A stretch of DNA of 64,000 nucleotides, taken from contig CALJVA010000118.1 of assembly GCA_937975135.1 (NCBI GenBank), positions 27,861 to 91,860 of the forward strand. Direction: 5' to 3'. The notes beneath the pieces were generated by a model. The model had not been told where the DNA came from, ran no database searches, and saw only the letters and a program-made list of their open reading frames with translations. This stretch comes from an uncultured Thermoactinomycetaceae bacterium (GTDB lineage: Bacteria > Bacillota > Bacilli > Thermoactinomycetales > CALJVA01). Position numbers and translations under genes: made by a program. The stretch's first letter is position 1; each line of letters opens with the position of its first letter. Below are positions 39,095-50,199 of this stretch, in pieces.

Positions 39095-39989
39095 TACAAT
39101 GATCCGGCATGTAAAAGAAGCATTTCGAAGCTTGTCTCGTAACCGGATGATGACCTTATCGGCGATAAGTGCTGTTGCGGTGACACTGTTTATTTTTGGT
39201 ATCTTTATTGCTGTGGCGATGAACATCCAGTTTTTGGCCAAAGAACTGGATAAACAGATGGCACTTCGAGCCTCAATTAGTCCAACAGCCACCAATGATG
39301 ATATTGAACGTTTGCAAAAAGAGATCGGAAAAGATTCTGAGGTAAAGTCAGTTAGCTTTGTCTCTAAGGAAGAAGGATTGCGCCGAATGAAGGAGCAATG
39401 GGGAGACGACAGTGATGACTTCTTTCGGGGACTGGAAGGGGAAGACAATCCTTTGCCACATATGTTGGTAATTGTTCCTCAAAATCCTCAGGAGATTAAA
39501 GCCCTCGCTGAAAAGATAGAGAATAATAACAAGAACTATATTGATCAGGTAGATTTTGGTGGGGGTGTGACTGACGATCTTCTCAGTTTTTCTAGCTGGA
39601 TTCGCAATATAGTTTTAGTGCTGGGTATCGGTTTAGCGATTCTATCAGCATTTTTAATTTCCAATACCATTAAATTGACGATTTTTGCTCGACGTCGAGA
39701 GATTGAAATTATGCGATTGGTTGGAGCGAGTAACTGGTTTATTCGCTGGCCCTTCTTTATAGAGGGAGCAGTAATTGGTATACTGGGAGCGATTGTTCCT
39801 GTGGGACTCGTATTACTCATCTATTATTCATTGCTTAATGCTTTAGGCGTAGAGTCTTCTTATAGTTTCTTTCAACTCCTCCCCATGTGGCCTTTAAGTT
39901 TATATATAGCTGGGATAACCATTGCCCTTGGTGTAATTATTGGTGTTTGGGGTAGTTTGATTTCGGTGCGTCGTTTCTTGCGTGTATAA
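39084..39989 (+). CDS. ftsX: Cell-division ABC permease-like protein FtsX
   Basis: MKIDTMIRHVKEAFRSLSRNRMMT, an extracellular domain, then 3 C-terminal TM segments. The ATG at 39084 overlaps the end of ftsE. Confidence 0.9.
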   Translation: MKIDTMIRHVKEAFRSLSRNRMMTLSAISAVAVTLFIFGIFIAVAMNIQFLAKELDKQMALRASISPTATNDDIERLQKEIGKDSEVKSVSFVSKEEGLRRMKEQWGDDSDDFFRGLEGEDNPLPHMLVIVPQNPQEIKALAEKIENNNKNYIDQVDFGGGVTDDLLSFSSWIRNIVLVLGIGLAILSAFLISNTIKLTIFARRREIEIMRLVGASNWFIRWPFFIEGAVIGILGAIVPVGLVLLIYYSLLNALGVESSYSFFQLLPMWPLSLYIAGITIALGVIIGVWGSLISVRRFLRV

Positions 39990-40159
39990 AGGATTTGGTG
40001 TGGGAAGCGAGGTTTATCTTATATAAGCCTCGCAACCTCACAAAATGCTCTAGCTCGATAATCACCATCGTATTCACAACTTTGTAACAAGTGATAATGA
40101 GTTAAGTGGCGAAACCATTTTATACCTAAACTTTTGTTTGTGGATAGAGGAGGGATGTT

Positions 40160-41311
40160 GTGAAGCGGCCTCTTTTTAGATTGATGGTATTGCCGGTTCT
40201 TATCTTGGCCCTCTTGCCGCTACCAGGACAAGTTGAAGCAGAGGATTCCGTCATCGATGAAAAGAAAGAAGCCGTTAAAAAGCGGGATAAAGAGATTCAA
40301 CGACTAGAAAGAGAGAAAAAACAGACATTGGCAGATCGTGAACAAGCCTTAGCCAAATTGGAACATACGAAAAAGAAACTAACCAAGCTAAATGAACAAT
40401 TATATGAAACGGAAGTACAATTGGAACGAAGTCGTCATAATTTAGATCAGATTAACCGCCGGATTCAGTTGCATAAGGAAAACTACAAGAATCGGATTCG
40501 CAGAATGTATCAACAAGGCGAGATGTTTTATATCGACTCATTGGTGAAAGCAGATTCTATAGGAGAATTTCTGCACCGCTTGGAAGTGATCCGTTTATTA
40601 GCTAAACGAGATGAGCAGATGCTACAACAATATGAAATAGATAAGCAAAAAGCAGAACGAGAACGAAAAAAAATTGCATCGTTGTTGGAGCAACAACGGC
40701 AGCAATCGATAAAAGCGAAGGAAGCGCATAGCAAATTAAAAGCGGAGTTTAAAAAGTATGAGGCTCATATTGCTGATCTGGATCGTCAACAAGACCACCT
40801 GGAAAAGCTAAATGAAAAAGACCAGGCGGCAATTCGTGCTTTAGTGGCCAAAGCCGCACGGGAAAGACAAAAAAATGAACAGAATAAACAAAAACGTACA
40901 GATGGAAAAGTTACTGCGGGTAAGTTTTTGTGGCCTGTTAAGGGTGGACGACTTACTTCTGGTTATGGAATGCGTTACCATCCCATTCGTAAAGTATATA
41001 CCCTACATGCAGGAATAGATATTGCAGCCCCGATGGGAACTCCCATTTATGCAGCAGCAGATGGAGAAGTGATTGAGTCTCGTCCAGCCCGGGGTTACGG
41101 ATATATTATTGTTATCTACCATGGCGGGGGAATCTCAACAATGTATGCACATATGTACCCTCAGGATGTTGTCGTTCGTCCGGGTCAAAAGGTGAAACGA
41201 GGACAAAGAATCGCTGCTGTGGGAAACAATGGTTATTCTACAGGTCCTCATCTCCATTTAGAATTATTCAAACAAGGTAAGCCTGTGAATCCATTGCCTT
41301 ACTTTCGTTAA
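40160..41311 (+). CDS. Secreted coiled-coil plus M23 (LytM) metallopeptidase, paralog 1
   Basis: Signal peptide and ~230 aa of heptad-like E/K/Q/L sequence. The M23 domain is intact: HAGID (HxxxD) and HLHLE (HxH). Confidence 0.88.
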   Translation: MKRPLFRLMVLPVLILALLPLPGQVEAEDSVIDEKKEAVKKRDKEIQRLEREKKQTLADREQALAKLEHTKKKLTKLNEQLYETEVQLERSRHNLDQINRRIQLHKENYKNRIRRMYQQGEMFYIDSLVKADSIGEFLHRLEVIRLLAKRDEQMLQQYEIDKQKAERERKKIASLLEQQRQQSIKAKEAHSKLKAEFKKYEAHIADLDRQQDHLEKLNEKDQAAIRALVAKAARERQKNEQNKQKRTDGKVTAGKFLWPVKGGRLTSGYGMRYHPIRKVYTLHAGIDIAAPMGTPIYAAADGEVIESRPARGYGYIIVIYHGGGISTMYAHMYPQDVVVRPGQKVKRGQRIAAVGNNGYSTGPHLHLELFKQGKPVNPLPYFR

Positions 41312-41332
41312 AGAAAAATCGCTCTACTTATA

Positions 41333-41388
41333 TAGTAAGAACTGTTTGTTAAGGGAGAGGTAGTAAGAACTGTTTGTTAAGGGAGAGG
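41333..41388 (+). repeat. Perfect 28-bp tandem duplication containing the SD of the downstream gene
   Basis: TAGTAAGAACTGTTTGTTAAGGGAGAGG occurs twice, head to tail (41333-41360 and 41361-41388). Confidence 0.95.
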
Positions 41389-41390
41389 GT

Positions 41391-42428
41391 TTGATGAAGA
41401 AAACCTGGATTATGATGGTTATCGCAGCATTATTAATTATAACCATCAATCCTGTAGGGGTGCAGGCAGAAGGAAAAGAAGAGAAAGAACTTAAAGAAAT
41501 CCAGGGAAATCAGAAGAAAACAAAGGAAAAATTAGATGAACTTGTAAAGCAAATTGAAGATATAAAAAAGAAGTTAGCCCCATTGGAAGAACAGGTTTAT
41601 GAAACGGAACAAAAGCTGAAAGAGACTGAAGAAAAGAGAGAGAAGGCGGCAAAAGAAGCGGAGTATTATGATACCATTTTTAAGAATCGCTTAAGAGCGA
41701 TCTACCAAAATGGTGAGATGGGATATATGGAATCTTTATTCCGCGCTAAATCCTTTAGTGAGTTTTTAGCCCGGTTTGAGAGTATCCGGATTATAGCCAA
41801 AAATGACCGTGCGGCTTTGGATCGATATTTAAAGACAAAAGAAACCTATGAAAAAGAGACAAAGAAACTGAAAAAGTTAAAGGAGCAACTAGAAGAACAA
41901 AAAGAGAAAGAAAAGAAAGTGTATGACGAACTAATGGCCGAAATGAAAAAGAATCAGGCTTTGTTAGCAAATTTGGAGCATGAGGAAAAGCTGAAAAAGG
42001 AAGAGATTCGTAAGAAAAATGAAATGATGTCCCGTCATTCAGGTGCTCCCTATACTGGAGGTAAGCTCGCATGGCCTACGGCTGCACGGCGTATTTCATG
42101 TGGATTTGGTTGTTATCCGGGACATACGGGAATCGATATTAGTGGTCCAATAGGGACTCCGGTCTATGCAGCTGAATCGGGAACTGTGGTTGAAAGTCGA
42201 CCGGGTGGTGGATATGGCTGGATGATTGTGATCAAGCATGATAATGGTCTGGCAACCTTATATGCCCATAGTTGGGGTTATCAAGTGTTGGTAAAAAAGG
42301 GACAACGTGTCTCGCGTGGGCAGCAAATTACCTCCATTGGCAACAACGGACGTTCAACTGGACCACACCTTCACTTCGAAGTGCATCGAGGTGGACAAGC
42401 GGTCAATCCGTTGCCATATATACAATAA
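41391..42428 (+). CDS. Secreted coiled-coil plus M23 (LytM) metallopeptidase, paralog 2
   Basis: Signal peptide and a coiled-coil region. M23 motifs HTGID and HLHFE are present. Confidence 0.88.
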   Translation: MMKKTWIMMVIAALLIITINPVGVQAEGKEEKELKEIQGNQKKTKEKLDELVKQIEDIKKKLAPLEEQVYETEQKLKETEEKREKAAKEAEYYDTIFKNRLRAIYQNGEMGYMESLFRAKSFSEFLARFESIRIIAKNDRAALDRYLKTKETYEKETKKLKKLKEQLEEQKEKEKKVYDELMAEMKKNQALLANLEHEEKLKKEEIRKKNEMMSRHSGAPYTGGKLAWPTAARRISCGFGCYPGHTGIDISGPIGTPVYAAESGTVVESRPGGGYGWMIVIKHDNGLATLYAHSWGYQVLVKKGQRVSRGQQITSIGNNGRSTGPHLHFEVHRGGQAVNPLPYIQ

Positions 42429-42436
42429 ATCTGGTG

Positions 42437-42472
42437 GAGAAACCGCTGAACTTTACCAGCGGTTTCTCTTTA
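42437..42472 (+). terminator. Rho-independent terminator
   Basis: GAGAAACCGCTG, 8-nt loop, CAGCGGTTTCTC, then TTTAC. Confidence 0.75.
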
Positions 42473-42746
42473 CACAACCAAAGAGATGCCAGGTAGAGGA
42501 CTATCCACCGATGATAATGAAAAAAGATACTAATTAATTACAGCATGTCATATTATTAGGATGTAAAGACGTGAAGCAAAATATTGATGGTATAATAAAT
42601 ATTACATGACCCATGAAGGGCATAGTTATTATACGGACAAAAACCTAACCTCAGGTGGCGAGGGATTGTTTTTTTTTCGTTGTTTATTGTTCACCTTGAA
42701 TAAAGGAAAACAATAAAGATGTCAAATAGAAAAAAGGGGTGTTCAC

Positions 42747-44192
42747 ATGTATATACGCGGCAGAACCGTTGCCCTGATCGTCGTGTTTACTGTTTTATGT
42801 ACGAGCTTTGCTACAGCCGCGGTTGTCGGGGAGAATGGTTTGGTCTCCCTCTTTGCTGGATCAGGCAGTACCTCCGCTTCAGGAAGTTCCGATGGACTGA
42901 AAAAATACCAAGAAAAGCTGGAACAGGCATATTCACTCATTACAACAAACTATATCGATACGGTGGATGATAAGAAATTAGTGGATGGTGCCATCCGAGG
43001 GATGGTAGAAGCCCTGGGAGATCCCTATTCCAGCTATATGGATGAGAAAGCAGCAGCGGAGTTTAATTCTTCCTTCGAAACTTCGTTCCAAGGAATTGGT
43101 GCAGAGGTAACGATGCGTGACGGTCGGGTAACAATAGTTGCTCCGATTAAAGGCTCACCCGCTGAAAAAGCTGGCTTAAGACCGGAAGATCAAGTGATCA
43201 AAGTAAACGGAGAAAGCTTAGAGGGGCTTACATTACATGAAGCAGTAGAGAAAATTCGTGGTCCCAAAGGGACGAAAGCAAATCTGGAGATCATTCGACC
43301 GGGCAGATCAGAAGTACTAAAAATTTCTGTTGTTCGGGATGAGATCCCCATTGAAACCGTTCATGCAACGATGTTGGATGGAAAAATTGGTTTGATTGAA
43401 ATTAGTCAATTCTCTACTGAGACAGCAAATGACTTTACCAAGGCCCTGCAAAAGTTAGAGAAGGAAGGCATGAAAGGTCTTATCATCGATGTACGGGGAA
43501 ATCCGGGTGGGATGTTACAGGCAGTACAAGAGATTGGAGGAAATTTACTCCCTAAAAACCGGACCATTATGCAAATGGAAGATAATCAAAAGACAGCCAA
43601 AGTTACTGGTAAGTTAGATCAGCGGAAGCCCTATCCCATAACTGTGTTAATTGATCAAGGAAGTGCTAGTGCCTCTGAGATTCTCGCTGCAGCATTGAAA
43701 GAATCAGGCGGATATACTCTGGTAGGACGAAAAACTTTTGGGAAAGGTACCGTTCAAGCAGCCAAAGAATTTAATGACGGCAGTAATATAAAGTTAACCA
43801 TTGCTAAATGGTTAACTCCCAATGGAAATTGGATTCACAACAAAGGGATCAAGCCCGATGTTGAAGTAAAGCATCCGGAGATGTATAATGCCACAGTGCC
43901 TCTGGTAGAGAAGCCCTTAAAGAAAAATCAGGCAAACTCTGATATCCAGCAAGTCCAATTGGCTTTAAAAGCACTTGGCTTCCGGCCAGATCGTACGGAT
44001 GGTTACTTTAGCGAGCAAACCGAGACCGCAGTAAAAGCGTTCCAAAAAATGAACAAGCTAAAAATGACTGGTGAAGTAGATGCAGTTACTGCTGCTAAGC
44101 TGCAAGAAGAGTTGATCAAGATGCGTAATGATCGAAAAAATGATGTTCAACTTCGCGTTGCAATTGAGACACTGAAAAAGCAGATGAAATAA
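42747..44192 (+). CDS. ctpB: S41 carboxy-terminal processing peptidase with PDZ and a C-terminal peptidoglycan-binding domain
   Basis: PDZ (GSPAEKAGLRPEDQVIKVNG), IIDVRGNPGG, GSASASEI and TFGKGTVQ. The C-terminal PG_binding_1-like repeat is present. The position between ftsEX and uvrB is conserved. Confidence 0.85.
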   Translation: MYIRGRTVALIVVFTVLCTSFATAAVVGENGLVSLFAGSGSTSASGSSDGLKKYQEKLEQAYSLITTNYIDTVDDKKLVDGAIRGMVEALGDPYSSYMDEKAAAEFNSSFETSFQGIGAEVTMRDGRVTIVAPIKGSPAEKAGLRPEDQVIKVNGESLEGLTLHEAVEKIRGPKGTKANLEIIRPGRSEVLKISVVRDEIPIETVHATMLDGKIGLIEISQFSTETANDFTKALQKLEKEGMKGLIIDVRGNPGGMLQAVQEIGGNLLPKNRTIMQMEDNQKTAKVTGKLDQRKPYPITVLIDQGSASASEILAAALKESGGYTLVGRKTFGKGTVQAAKEFNDGSNIKLTIAKWLTPNGNWIHNKGIKPDVEVKHPEMYNATVPLVEKPLKKNQANSDIQQVQLALKALGFRPDRTDGYFSEQTETAVKAFQKMNKLKMTGEVDAVTAAKLQEELIKMRNDRKNDVQLRVAIETLKKQMK

Positions 44193-44226
44193 AAAATACC
44201 CCTAGGATCTCCTAGGGGTATTTTTA
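44192..44226. terminator. Bidirectional-looking Rho-independent terminator
   Basis: AAAAAA, TACCCCTAGGA, loop, TCCTAGGGGTA, TTTTTA. Confidence 0.85.
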
Positions 44227-44358
44227 TTAGGGATTTTGTGACTCAGAGTGGAAAATATGTGTATAGGGTATACTGGAGAGAGTTTACATATCCTTAAAAA
44301 AGAACGGATGTTCGTTGTGGCCCCCAGTATGTTATAATCATGGAATAGAGAATCCGAG

Positions 44359-46347
44359 GTGATTCAGATGGAGAAATTTCAACTGGTATCTGAATTTACT
44401 CCGCAAGGGGATCAGCCACAGGCGATTCATCAACTAACGATGGGAATCAAAAATAAAAAGCGATTTCAGACTCTTTTAGGAGCGACGGGGACAGGAAAAA
44501 CTTTTACCATTGCCCAGACAATTGCTCAAGTACAGCGTCCGACCCTCGTAATCGCTCATAATAAAACCCTGGCTGCTCAATTATGTGGAGAGTTAAAGGA
44601 ATTTTTTCCTCATAATGCGGTTGAGTATTTTGTCAGTTATTATGATTATTATCAGCCAGAGGCATATTTGCCTCAGACAGATACTTATATAGAAAAAGAT
44701 GCTTCAATCAATGATGAGATTGATAAGCTACGTCACTCTGCTACTAGTGCTCTATTTGAGCGAAGAGATGTGATTATTGTATCCAGTGTATCCTGTATAT
44801 ATGGTCTTGGCTCCCCCGATGAGTATCGGGATCTTGTTCTTTCCTTACGGGTGGGAATGGAACGAGACCGGAATGAAGTTTTACGTAAGCTGATTGATAT
44901 CCAGTATCAACGTAATGATATAAACTTTACTCGGGGAACCTTTCGAGTGCGAGGGGATGTCTTAGAGATTTTTCCTGCCTCGCGGGGTGAACAGGCAATT
45001 CGTGTGGAATTTTTTGGTGATGAGATTGAGCGGATACGTGAAATTGATGTGTTAACTGGAGAGATATTGGGCGAGAGGGAACATGTTGCAATTTTTCCAG
45101 CCTCTCACTATGTGACCCGGGATGAAAAAATGAAGCGAGCTTTAGTCAGTATTGAAGCGGAGTTGGAAGAGCGACTAAAGGAACTGAAGGAACAAGGTAA
45201 ATTACTTGAGGCACAACGATTGGAACAACGTGTGCGTTACGATTTAGAGATGATGCGGGAGATGGGTTTTTGCTCTGGAATTGAGAACTATTCCCGGCAC
45301 TTGGTTGGTAAAAAGCCTGGGGAGCCTCCCTTTACCTTGTTAGACTATTTTCCTGAGGATTATTTATTGGTTATTGATGAATCCCATGTGACGATACCTC
45401 AAATACGGGGAATGTACAACGGGGATCGGGCACGGAAAGATGTCTTGATAGAGCATGGTTTTCGTTTACCCTCTGCTCGTGATAATCGTCCCTTACGCTT
45501 TGAAGAATTTGAGGAACGCTTTAATCAGGTGATTTTCGTCTCTGCGACCCCCGGTCCGTATGAGCTGGAGAAAGTTCCCACACCTGTAGAACAGATTATT
45601 CGGCCAACCGGTTTGTTGGATCCCTTAATTGAGGTGCGTCCAACCCAAGGCCAGATTGATGATTTAATTGGAGAAATTAATCAGCGAATTGCTGCGGATG
45701 AACGTGTTTTAATTACTACATTAACAAAGAAGATGGCCGAAGACTTGACTGATTACCTGAAAGAAGTGGGGATCCGTGTTCGTTATCTCCATTCGGACAT
45801 TAAAACAATTGAACGTATGCAAATTATACGTGATCTGCGGTTGGGTGAGTTTGATGTACTTGTAGGAATTAACCTTTTACGGGAAGGATTAGATCTTCCA
45901 GAAGTATCTTTGGTGGCCATCTTAGATGCGGACAAAGAAGGTTTTCTTCGCTCCGAACGATCATTGATTCAGACAATTGGTCGAGCAGCAAGAAATGCCA
46001 ATGGCATGGTGATTATGTATGCCGACCAAATAACCGATTCAATGCGCAAAGCGATTGATGAAACGGAACGACGACGTGAAATTCAGAAAGAGTATAACAA
46101 GAAGCATGGCATTACCCCTCAAACAATTCGTAAGAAGGTTCATGAAGTAATCGAAGCGACGAAGGTAGTGGAGAAGGAAGAAGTATACCAAGTGTTGCCT
46201 GAGTTTAATCAGATGAGTAAAAAGGAACGACAAAAGGTTGTGGAGCGTCTTGAAAAAGAGATGAAAAGAGCTGCTAAGGAATTGCGGTTTGAAAAAGCGG
46301 CAGAATTACGTGATCTCATCATCGAGCTAAAAGCGGAGGGAGTTTAA
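44359..46347 (+). CDS. uvrB: Excinuclease ABC subunit B
   Basis: [26 protein letters not shown]-terminal UVR domain (FEKAAELRD). Confidence 0.97.
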   Translation: MIQMEKFQLVSEFTPQGDQPQAIHQLTMGIKNKKRFQTLLGATGTGKTFTIAQTIAQVQRPTLVIAHNKTLAAQLCGELKEFFPHNAVEYFVSYYDYYQPEAYLPQTDTYIEKDASINDEIDKLRHSATSALFERRDVIIVSSVSCIYGLGSPDEYRDLVLSLRVGMERDRNEVLRKLIDIQYQRNDINFTRGTFRVRGDVLEIFPASRGEQAIRVEFFGDEIERIREIDVLTGEILGEREHVAIFPASHYVTRDEKMKRALVSIEAELEERLKELKEQGKLLEAQRLEQRVRYDLEMMREMGFCSGIENYSRHLVGKKPGEPPFTLLDYFPEDYLLVIDESHVTIPQIRGMYNGDRARKDVLIEHGFRLPSARDNRPLRFEEFEERFNQVIFVSATPGPYELEKVPTPVEQIIRPTGLLDPLIEVRPTQGQIDDLIGEINQRIAADERVLITTLTKKMAEDLTDYLKEVGIRVRYLHSDIKTIERMQIIRDLRLGEFDVLVGINLLREGLDLPEVSLVAILDADKEGFLRSERSLIQTIGRAARNANGMVIMYADQITDSMRKAIDETERRREIQKEYNKKHGITPQTIRKKVHEVIEATKVVEKEEVYQVLPEFNQMSKKERQKVVERLEKEMKRAAKELRFEKAAELRDLIIELKAEGV

Positions 46348-46352
46348 AAGGA

Positions 46353-49208
46353 ATGGCACAGGAGCAAATCGTAATTCGTGGAGCCCGTGTCCATAATTTA
46401 AAAAATATCGATGTCACCATTCCCCGTGACAAATTAGTTGTAATTACAGGGTTATCTGGTTCAGGAAAGTCATCATTAGCCTTTGATACCATTTATGCTG
46501 AAGGGCAACGCCGGTATGTTGAATCGTTATCTGCCTATGCCCGACAGTTTTTAGGTCAGATGGATAAACCGGATGTCGATTCGATTGAAGGGCTTTCCCC
46601 GGCAATTTCCATCGATCAGAAGACGACCAGTCGCAATCCCCGCTCCACTGTTGGGACGGTCACTGAAATCTATGATTACTTACGACTTCTTTATGCACGT
46701 ATCGGCCGTGCCTATTGTCCTACACATGGGATCGAAATCGCTTCACAAACGGTTCAACAAATGGTGGACCGCATTAAAGAATTGCCAGAGAGGACACGAA
46801 TTCAGATCCTTGCTCCAGTCGTGAAGGGACGTAAGGGAGAGCATGTTAAGCTGTTACAAGGAATTGCACAACAGGGATTTGTCCGTGTTCGCATCAATGG
46901 AGAGATTCGGGACTTATCTGAGGAGATTCGCCTGGAGAAAAACCGTAAACATTCCATTGAAGTGGTAGTCGACCGACTGGTGGTCAAGCCTGGATTTGAA
47001 ACGCGTTTAACTGATTCCCTGGAGACGGCTTTAGAAATCGCAAAAGGACAAGTTTTAATCGATATTATCGATGGAGAGGAGTGGCTGTTTAGTCAAAACC
47101 TTGCTTGTCCCGAGTGTGGATTTAGTATCGATGAGTTAACACCGCGAATGTTCTCCTTTAACAGTCCTTTTGGTGCTTGTCCGGATTGTGATGGTCTGGG
47201 AAGTCGGATGGAAGTGAATCCTTCCTTAGTAATACCAGATCATGGTAAAACTCTTGCTGATGGTGCGATTGAACCTTGGGCAGGTTCTTCCTATTACGAA
47301 CAGCTGTTAGAAGCTTTTTGTCGTCATTTTGAAATCGATTATCAAACCCCTGTGAAAGAGCTATCTCAAAAAAAGTTGGATCTCATACTTTATGGTACAA
47401 AGGAACGCTTTCCCTTTCAGTATAAAAATGATTTTGGACAAGTCCGCACCATGATGGCCCGTTTTGAGGGAGTCGTCCACAACTTGCAGCGTCGCTATTT
47501 GGAAACAAATTCGGAAAATATCCGGGAGCAAATAGCAAACTATATGAGTGATGTTGTATGCCCTACCTGTAAGGGGGCTCGTCTACGGCCGGAAAGTTTA
47601 AATGTACGGATTGCCGGACAAAATATCGACTATGTAACAAAACTGTCGATTCGTGAAGCACTTGACTTTTTCTCCCAACTGGATTTGACAGAAAAGGAGA
47701 AGGTTATTGCTCACCAAGTGCTTAAAGAAATTCAAGAACGACTTGGTTTTTTAACCAGTGTTGGTCTAGACTATTTAACACTTCACCGCTCTGCAGGATC
47801 TCTCTCAGGAGGAGAAGCGCAGCGCATTCGATTAGCGACACAGATTGGATCCAGCTTAATGGGTGTTTTATATATTTTGGATGAGCCGAGCATTGGATTG
47901 CACCAGCGGGATAACGAACGATTGATCAAGACAATGAAGCGAATGCGTGATCTTGGAAATACACTCATTGTGGTAGAGCATGATGAAGATACCATGTTGG
48001 CCTCTGATTATATTATTGATATTGGCCCTGGTGCTGGAGCTCATGGAGGCTATATTGTCGCCCAAGGAACACCGGCGGAAGTAATGAAATCAAAAGAATC
48101 TCTTACTGGGAAGTACTTAAGTGGAAGAAAGTTTATTCCTCTTCCGGCCGTTCGTCGCCAACCAAAGGATAAATGGCTTCGGGTAATAGGGGCTAAGGAA
48201 AACAATTTAAAAGAGATTGATGTTGAAATTCCCCTTGGTGTTTTTACGTGTGTGACAGGGGTATCTGGTTCAGGAAAAAGCACATTGGTAAATCAGGTAC
48301 TTCATAAAGCATTGGCCCGTAAGCTAAATCGGGCAAAAGTGACTCCTGGTGCTCATAAGGAAATACAAGGGACAGAGCATTTGGATAAAGTAATCGATAT
48401 TGATCAATCTCCCATTGGCCGGACCCCCCGATCCAACCCGGCGACATATACAGGGGTTTTTGATGATATTCGTGATCTTTTTGCTGCTACTCCCGAAGCG
48501 AAGGTACGTGGATATAAAAAGGGACGCTTCAGTTTTAATGTTAAGGGAGGTCGTTGTGAAGCTTGCCGTGGGGATGGGATTATTAAGATTGAAATGCATT
48601 TCCTGCCAGATGTCTATGTTCCCTGTGAAGTGTGCAAAGGAAAACGATACAATCGGGAAACATTAGAGATTCGTTACAAAGGAAAAAATGTTGCTGATGT
48701 GTTGGAGATGCGGGTAGAGGAAGCATTGGAGTTTTTCAAAAACATTCCCCGTATCAAACGAAAATTAGAGACTTTAAATGATGTAGGACTCGGATACATC
48801 CGTCTGGGACAACCGGCTACAACTCTTTCAGGCGGCGAGGCTCAGCGAGTCAAGCTTGCTTCTGAGCTATATCGCCGCAGTCGAGGAAGAACATTGTATA
48901 TCCTTGACGAGCCGACTACAGGATTACATGTGGATGATATTGCACGCTTATTACGGGTTTTGCAACGACTTGTTGATCAAGGAGATACGGTCCTAGTGAT
49001 TGAACATAATCTTGATGTGATTAAGACCGCCGATTATGTAATAGATCTTGGTCCAGAAGGTGGTGACGAGGGAGGTAGGATTGTTGCTACAGGAACACCT
49101 GAAGAGGTGGCAGCTACACCTACTTCTTATACAGGTCGCTTCCTCGCCCCGATATTGAAAAGAGATCAAGAGCGAATGAAAAAAGTACCTCAAGCTTCCA
49201 GCCAATAA
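46353..49208 (+). CDS. uvrA: Excinuclease ABC subunit A
   Basis: Two ABC modules ([12 protein letters not shown] and [10 protein letters not shown]), zinc fingers ([13 protein letters not shown]), and LSGGEAQR twice. Confidence 0.97.
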   Translation: MAQEQIVIRGARVHNLKNIDVTIPRDKLVVITGLSGSGKSSLAFDTIYAEGQRRYVESLSAYARQFLGQMDKPDVDSIEGLSPAISIDQKTTSRNPRSTVGTVTEIYDYLRLLYARIGRAYCPTHGIEIASQTVQQMVDRIKELPERTRIQILAPVVKGRKGEHVKLLQGIAQQGFVRVRINGEIRDLSEEIRLEKNRKHSIEVVVDRLVVKPGFETRLTDSLETALEIAKGQVLIDIIDGEEWLFSQNLACPECGFSIDELTPRMFSFNSPFGACPDCDGLGSRMEVNPSLVIPDHGKTLADGAIEPWAGSSYYEQLLEAFCRHFEIDYQTPVKELSQKKLDLILYGTKERFPFQYKNDFGQVRTMMARFEGVVHNLQRRYLETNSENIREQIANYMSDVVCPTCKGARLRPESLNVRIAGQNIDYVTKLSIREALDFFSQLDLTEKEKVIAHQVLKEIQERLGFLTSVGLDYLTLHRSAGSLSGGEAQRIRLATQIGSSLMGVLYILDEPSIGLHQRDNERLIKTMKRMRDLGNTLIVVEHDEDTMLASDYIIDIGPGAGAHGGYIVAQGTPAEVMKSKESLTGKYLSGRKFIPLPAVRRQPKDKWLRVIGAKENNLKEIDVEIPLGVFTCVTGVSGSGKSTLVNQVLHKALARKLNRAKVTPGAHKEIQGTEHLDKVIDIDQSPIGRTPRSNPATYTGVFDDIRDLFAATPEAKVRGYKKGRFSFNVKGGRCEACRGDGIIKIEMHFLPDVYVPCEVCKGKRYNRETLEIRYKGKNVADVLEMRVEEALEFFKNIPRIKRKLETLNDVGLGYIRLGQPATTLSGGEAQRVKLASELYRRSRGRTLYILDEPTTGLHVDDIARLLRVLQRLVDQGDTVLVIEHNLDVIKTADYVIDLGPEGGDEGGRIVATGTPEEVAATPTSYTGRFLAPILKRDQERMKKVPQASSQ

Positions 49209-49264
49209 GGGTAAGATTGGTACCCATTTTCTTCAAGTAAAACTTCTTATATCAAGGATTTGCC

Positions 49265-49306
49265 GCTTCCCCTTTTAATGATTAACAAGGGGAAGCTTAA
49301 TTTTTT
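49265..49306 (+). terminator. Rho-independent terminator after uvrA
   Basis: GCTTCCCC, 16-nt loop, GGGGAAGC, then TTAATTTTTT. Confidence 0.75.
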
Positions 49307-49463
49307 GTATTCTTTTTATTAGAGAAGAATCCCATCAGTGAAGCAAAGGATTGTGGGTTGTTTTAAGATTTTCAATTTTTGTCTCCTGTCCAAAAGAAAT
49401 CACATCTAAACGAAGCGAAAGGGGAAAATGATGTTGTATTGGCGCAGCCTAAAGTTTGTAGCA

Positions 49464-49472
49464 TGATATAAT
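49464..49472 (+). promoter_or_regulatory. Extended -10 promoter element (TGaTATAAT)
   Basis: TGATATAAT about 360 nt upstream of the yvlD-like start. No good -35 element. Confidence 0.35.
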
Positions 49473-49830
49473 CAATCTTATATATTTGAAAGACTGTTAT
49501 ATCAATAAAATTAGACAATAATAATCCTTCGGTTTTCACAGGCTTTGACAGGATAACCACCCCACCATCAATATTCAAAGTGAAGGTATGAGAATGTCAG
49601 GTATCTTCGCTTAATTACTCATAAAATTCTGGGCCACACGGGGTTTGCTTGATCAAACTCCTATGTGGGATGGTTTTACCCCAGAAATCTACACCTCTAA
49701 ACGGAGCCTAAGTGGTGGGAGTATGTCATACTTAGTGTAGATACATAGATAGATGGAGAAAGGTGACTTCTTGGTAAGTATGAAGGAGTTATCGGATACA
49801 TGAATAACTTTTCTTGGGGGAGTGTTAAAA

Positions 49831-50178
49831 GTGAAGCTTATTATTAGATTACTTATTAATGGCCTGGCTGTTTTTATGGCAGCCCAGCTTGTGTCGGGAA
49901 TACAAGTCCAAGGTTTTTCAACTGCACTGTTGGTTGCCTTGGTACTGGCCTTGATCAACACATTGATACGCCCTTTTTTACTTTTACTTACCCTACCCAT
50001 TAATATTATGACCCTTGGTTTGTTTACTTTTGTTATTAATGCCTGTCTTTTCTGGCTCACAGGCTCTTTAGTACCAGGTTTTTCAGTATCAAATTTTGCT
50101 AGCGCATTATTAGGAGCCGTGATTGTGAGTCTCATCTCTTGGCTTTTAAATTTGGTTTGGAAGGAAATGCAGAAATAG
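49831..50178 (+). CDS. YvlD/DUF360 (phage-holin-4-like) membrane protein
   Basis: Four TM segments, LINTLIRPFLLLLTLPINIMTLGLFTFVINA. It precedes hprK as yvlD does in B. subtilis. The GTG at 49831 is 8 nt after GGGGGAG. Confidence 0.8.
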   Translation: MKLIIRLLINGLAVFMAAQLVSGIQVQGFSTALLVALVLALINTLIRPFLLLLTLPINIMTLGLFTFVINACLFWLTGSLVPGFSVSNFASALLGAVIVSLISWLLNLVWKEMQK

Positions 50179-50199
50179 TATCTTGTTGAACGAAGGGGG

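Noticed and set aside
38698-39448. Minus-strand ORFs of 127 and 162 aa antisense to ftsE and ftsX
   Set aside because: They are shadow ORFs inside strongly supported genes, with Ser/Arg/Cys-rich unnatural composition.
49689-50135. 148-aa minus-strand ORF opposite the yvlD-like gene
   Set aside because: The plus-strand product has a clear four-TM DUF360 pattern and correct synteny with hprK. The antisense product has no features.
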